Source: a virus
Lineage: Duplodnaviria > Caudoviricetes
Virus record (IMG/VR): IMGVR_UViG_3300021368_000002
Reading direction: 5' to 3' (one strand)
Length of the DNA stretch: 64,000 bases
Part shown: in pieces, positions 61,090 through 64,000 of the stretch
Layout of the letters: each line of letters begins with the position of its first letter
Position numbering within the stretch: the first letter of the stretch is position 1
Program-made: the position numbers and the translations under genes
The notes under the pieces: generated by a model
What the model was told of the DNA's origin: nothing
Database searches by the model: none
The model's input: the letters and a program-made list of their open reading frames with translations, nothing else

Positions 61090-64000
61090 TTATAGATCGC
61101 CTGTATTTGTGCTAGGATATGCTCTATTTGGTCCCCATATAATTCTTACTGCGCCGTCACCGCCATCACCGCCTCTATGTGTACTACCGTTAACTGTTGC
61201 TGCGGATGCTGCACCGCCTCCTCCTCCATATGAACCGCCATAACCGCCATTTGTTGCGTTATAGCCGCCTGGATTAGAGCCACCGCTATTACCTCCAGAT
61301 CCTCCACGACCTCCAGACCCAGCACCTCCTGCTGCACCTGATGACCCTTCACCTAACAATCCAACACCGCCTCCTGCAGGTGCACCTACTAATCCATAAG
61401 TTTGTCCGCTACCGCCGCCACCACCTCCGGCTCCATTAGTACCCGAAGTTGTGCCATACCCGCCATCACCGCCGCGGCCGCTATAACCGCCAGCGCCACC
61501 ACCGCCACCGCCCCAGCTATTAGGCGCCGCAACACCACCACTTTGTCCTCCACGACCTCCGAATCCGTTACTTAGAGGACTGGTACTATATATGTAATTT
61601 CCACCTTTTGAACTACTGGTACTTGTGTAGACAACATTTCCGCTTGCTGCAAGGCCGCCTTGTCCGCCACTAGCCCATAGGTAGCCAGTCCCTTGATAAT
61701 CTATTCTAGATTCACCACCTCTAGCTCCATTTCCAGTACCACCAGTACCGCCTGCTCCTACAGTAATGTCTAAAACTTGTCCGCCAGTTACAGGTATTGA
61801 AACAGCAAATCCAAGGTTGCCTCCGCTGCCGCCAGACCCAGAATACGATCCTGTGCTGCCGCCGCCACCTGCTCCGCCGCCACCTACTACTACAGCACTT
61901 ATTGAAGTAACACCTGTTGGTACAGTCCAAGTAGTTGTTCCTGGAGTAGTAAATGCAACTTGTCCTACTGGATTAGCGGTAATTGTTATATCACTTGATG
62001 TGGCTCTAGTAATGCTCGAATCTATTTCATCGGTTATTTTTACTGTAAATGTTTCATCTGTGTTGTCTGCATCATCAGATGTTCCTACATTAATAACAGC
62101 AGAATTATTGTAAACATAAATTTGTTTGCTGTCTGGATTAGGAGTTTTTATATTTAAAATATTGCTCATTCCATAATGGTATTCACAAATATAGTAAAGA
62201 GTGTCAGGAGCAGTCAACGGAACTGTAAATACAACTGCTCCAGATTCAGCACCATTTCCTGTTACTCCGTTGCTGAACAAACTACCCGTTCCTGTTCCTC
62301 GTGCAGTTTTTATGTAAAAAGGATGCCCTGACGCACTAATATTGAATGTGTACGTAAATCCTCTGTATAATGTCATTTCTGGATTATTTACACTAGACAA
62401 CTCTTCACCGTTAAATGTATAAGCACTTGCACCACTATTAGTTACAGCATATGTAAACGAAGTTTGAGCATTTGCAAAATCGCTCTGTGTAGTACCTGTA
62501 CTCGAAGCTAACCAGTTTAATTTTGTTCCATCATTAATGTTAGTTGTTGTTAGATTAATTGCTAAACTATTACCTTCCAATACACTAGTACCATTTGGAT
62601 AAGAAAATGTATAAGTAGGAGCAACATTATTATCAGTTATCGTAACAGTAACTAGATTGCCATTTGTAGGATATGTATATCCGCCACTTAAATTGTATAT
62701 TTCAAAAATATTATTTGTGTCACCTATATAACTTGTTGCATCCGTAGTAGGTACCCCAATAGTGACAGATGTTTGTCCAGCATTAAATTGTCCAGTTCCG
62801 CTTGATAAACTAATGCGCTGATCCCCTGTTCCTACGACTCTCCATGCAAATGTTGGTGTATCGGAATAATTTTCTACTCCGTCTACTGTGCTTGTTCTGG
62901 TAACTACAAGGCTAATACTATTACCTTCTTCTACAGAACTTTCAGCTACTGAAATCGACATTAGTTTTACCACTGCAAGAACATCTTGAATAGTAATTGT
63001 ACAAGTGTCCCCGACGATAGTATAGTTATTAGTTGCTGTTATTAACCTTAGAGTGTTTGTTGTATTAGTTTGGGCACCTGATTCTGACGAAATAGGAATT
63101 ACAATAGTTGCTGTAGATTCTCCAGATATAAAGTTTACAGTTCCTACATTTTGGCTTATTCTATCATCGTTAGCTGTAGTAATTCTCCAAGAAACAGAAG
63201 ATCCTTCATTAGGTGTAGCTGCAACTCCGTTGATTTTGTAAACTCTTGAAACTTCTATTGCAGTGCTGTTGCCTTCTTCTACTGTTTCAGTTGATGCTAC
63301 ACTAATTGACCTAAATACGTTATTTAAATTTAATGTTGCTGAAGAAGTTGAAATAGTATATTTAGGATCCGATATATTAGTTATGTTTATAGTATTAGTA
63401 GTTGAATCACTGTCGGTGTTACCTGCAGACATAGAAACGTTAAATGATGCTGTATTTTCTCCTGCAGGAATTACAACTGTTCCTGAAGTGGGCGAAATAC
63501 GACTATCTGGATTTGATATTGACCAACTAACTGTTATGTCATGATTGTTATTTACTATACCATTTCTAGTTGCTGTTCTAGAAACTGTAATTGCACTTGT
63601 AGTACCTTCGGTTAAGTTATACGAGTTAGCTAAAAATCCTGCCGTATATGTAGGAGGATTAGGATTTGCAGTTATTTCTATATCTACTGTAACTCCTGTT
63701 TGATTAGCAGTAAATAGATATTGATCGCTAAGACTTCTTGCACAAACTCTATAAGTTCCTACGCTATTTCCTACTTGTCCAACAGAGTCATCTAACACAG
63801 GTATACATAATGTTTTTGTTACAGTATTAGCAGATGCATCAGGTTTAAATTGATGAAGTAACCAACAAGTCCCTGTTGCATTTGTTGATAAACTTGAAGG
63901 AATACTTAATGTTGATCCGCGTGTGCTAACATTGTATTCAAAAGTTGGTGTATCGCTAGTATAATAAACAGTTCCTGGTTGAGATGTATTTTCGTACAAA
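61090..64000 (-). CDS. partial fibre protein (5' end outside window): four Calx-beta-like Ig domains, cupredoxin insert, Gly-rich gp38-like tip
   Basis: V.EG....I.V.R repeats; SGHPF..YYICEYHYGM; WTVPTGVTSISAVVVGGGG..GAVRIIWG. Confidence 0.75.
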   Translation of the reverse strand, partial: LYENTSQPGTVYYTSDTPTFEYNVSTRGSTLSIPSSLSTNATGTCWLLHQFKPDASANTVTKTLCIPVLDDSVGQVGNSVGTYRVCARSLSDQYLFTANQTGVTVDIEITANPNPPTYTAGFLANSYNLTEGTTSAITVSRTATRNGIVNNNHDITVSWSISNPDSRISPTSGTVVIPAGENTASFNVSMSAGNTDSDSTTNTINITNISDPKYTISTSSATLNLNNVFRSISVASTETVEEGNSTAIEVSRVYKINGVAATPNEGSSVSWRITTANDDRISQNVGTVNFISGESTATIVIPISSESGAQTNTTNTLRLITATNNYTIVGDTCTITIQDVLAVVKLMSISVAESSVEEGNSISLVVTRTSTVDGVENYSDTPTFAWRVVGTGDQRISLSSGTGQFNAGQTSVTIGVPTTDATSYIGDTNNIFEIYNLSGGYTYPTNGNLVTVTITDNNVAPTYTFSYPNGTSVLEGNSLAINLTTTNINDGTKLNWLASSTGTTQSDFANAQTSFTYAVTNSGASAYTFNGEELSSVNNPEMTLYRGFTYTFNISASGHPFYIKTARGTGTGSLFSNGVTGNGAESGAVVFTVPLTAPDTLYYICEYHYGMSNILNIKTPNPDSKQIYVYNNSAVINVGTSDDADNTDETFTVKITDEIDSSITRATSSDITITANPVGQVAFTTPGTTTWTVPTGVTSISAVVVGGGGAGGGGSTGSYSGSGGSGGNLGFAVSIPVTGGQVLDITVGAGGTGGTGNGARGGESRIDYQGTGYLWASGGQGGLAASGNVVYTSTSSSKGGNYIYSTSPLSNGFGGRGGQSGGVAAPNSWGGGGGGAGGYSGRGGDGGYGTTSGTNGAGGGGGGSGQTYGLVGAPAGGGVGLLGEGSSGAAGGAGSGGRGGSGGNSGGSNPGGYNATNGGYGGSYGGGGGAASAATVNGSTHRGGDGGDGAVRIIWGPNRAYPSTNTGDL

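Noticed and set aside
1-64000. Stop-codon reassignment as seen in some jumbo phages
   Set aside because: Conserved genes are full length in the standard code, with TAA, TAG and TGA all used as stops.
1-64000. CRISPR array, tRNA or other structured RNA genes
   Set aside because: Intergenic gaps are mostly under 110 nt and show only short hairpins; no spaced repeats or cloverleaf seen.

Overview
AT-rich, very densely coded 64 kb segment of a large T4-related (jumbo-type, probably marine) myovirus genome, read in the standard genetic code and mostly on the minus strand. Left to right it holds five blocks. (1) A translationally coupled, sigma70-type operon mixing replication genes (UvsW-like helicase, gp62-like subunit, zinc-finger protein, a 191-aa miniature DnaE core) with Kdo synthesis genes (kdsA, kdsB). 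(2) A glycosyltransferase/methyltransferase cluster. (3) uvsY-uvsX-gp32. (4) Packaging, head, neck and tail genes (gp17, gp16-like, gp4, gp19, gp18, gp13, gp14, gp15) with an ADP-heptose module (hldE, hldD, cupin). (5) A ~28 kb tail-fibre/adhesin locus that also carries a GT9-like transferase and a carbamoyltransferase. Main observations: phycobiliprotein-like domains with the chromophore C-x-R-D motif inside virion fibre proteins; type-1 copper-site cupredoxin domains in fibres; three ~9% Cys gp38-like adhesin paralogs with chaperones; a glycan pathway whose donor genes sit behind sigma70-type promoters and several of whose transferases sit behind late TAAATA motifs; many probably leaderless transcripts; near-identical DNA tracts shared by two fibre paralogs. 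All calls come from reading motifs by eye and no database searches were run. No tRNA, CRISPR array, integrase or reverse transcriptase was seen.
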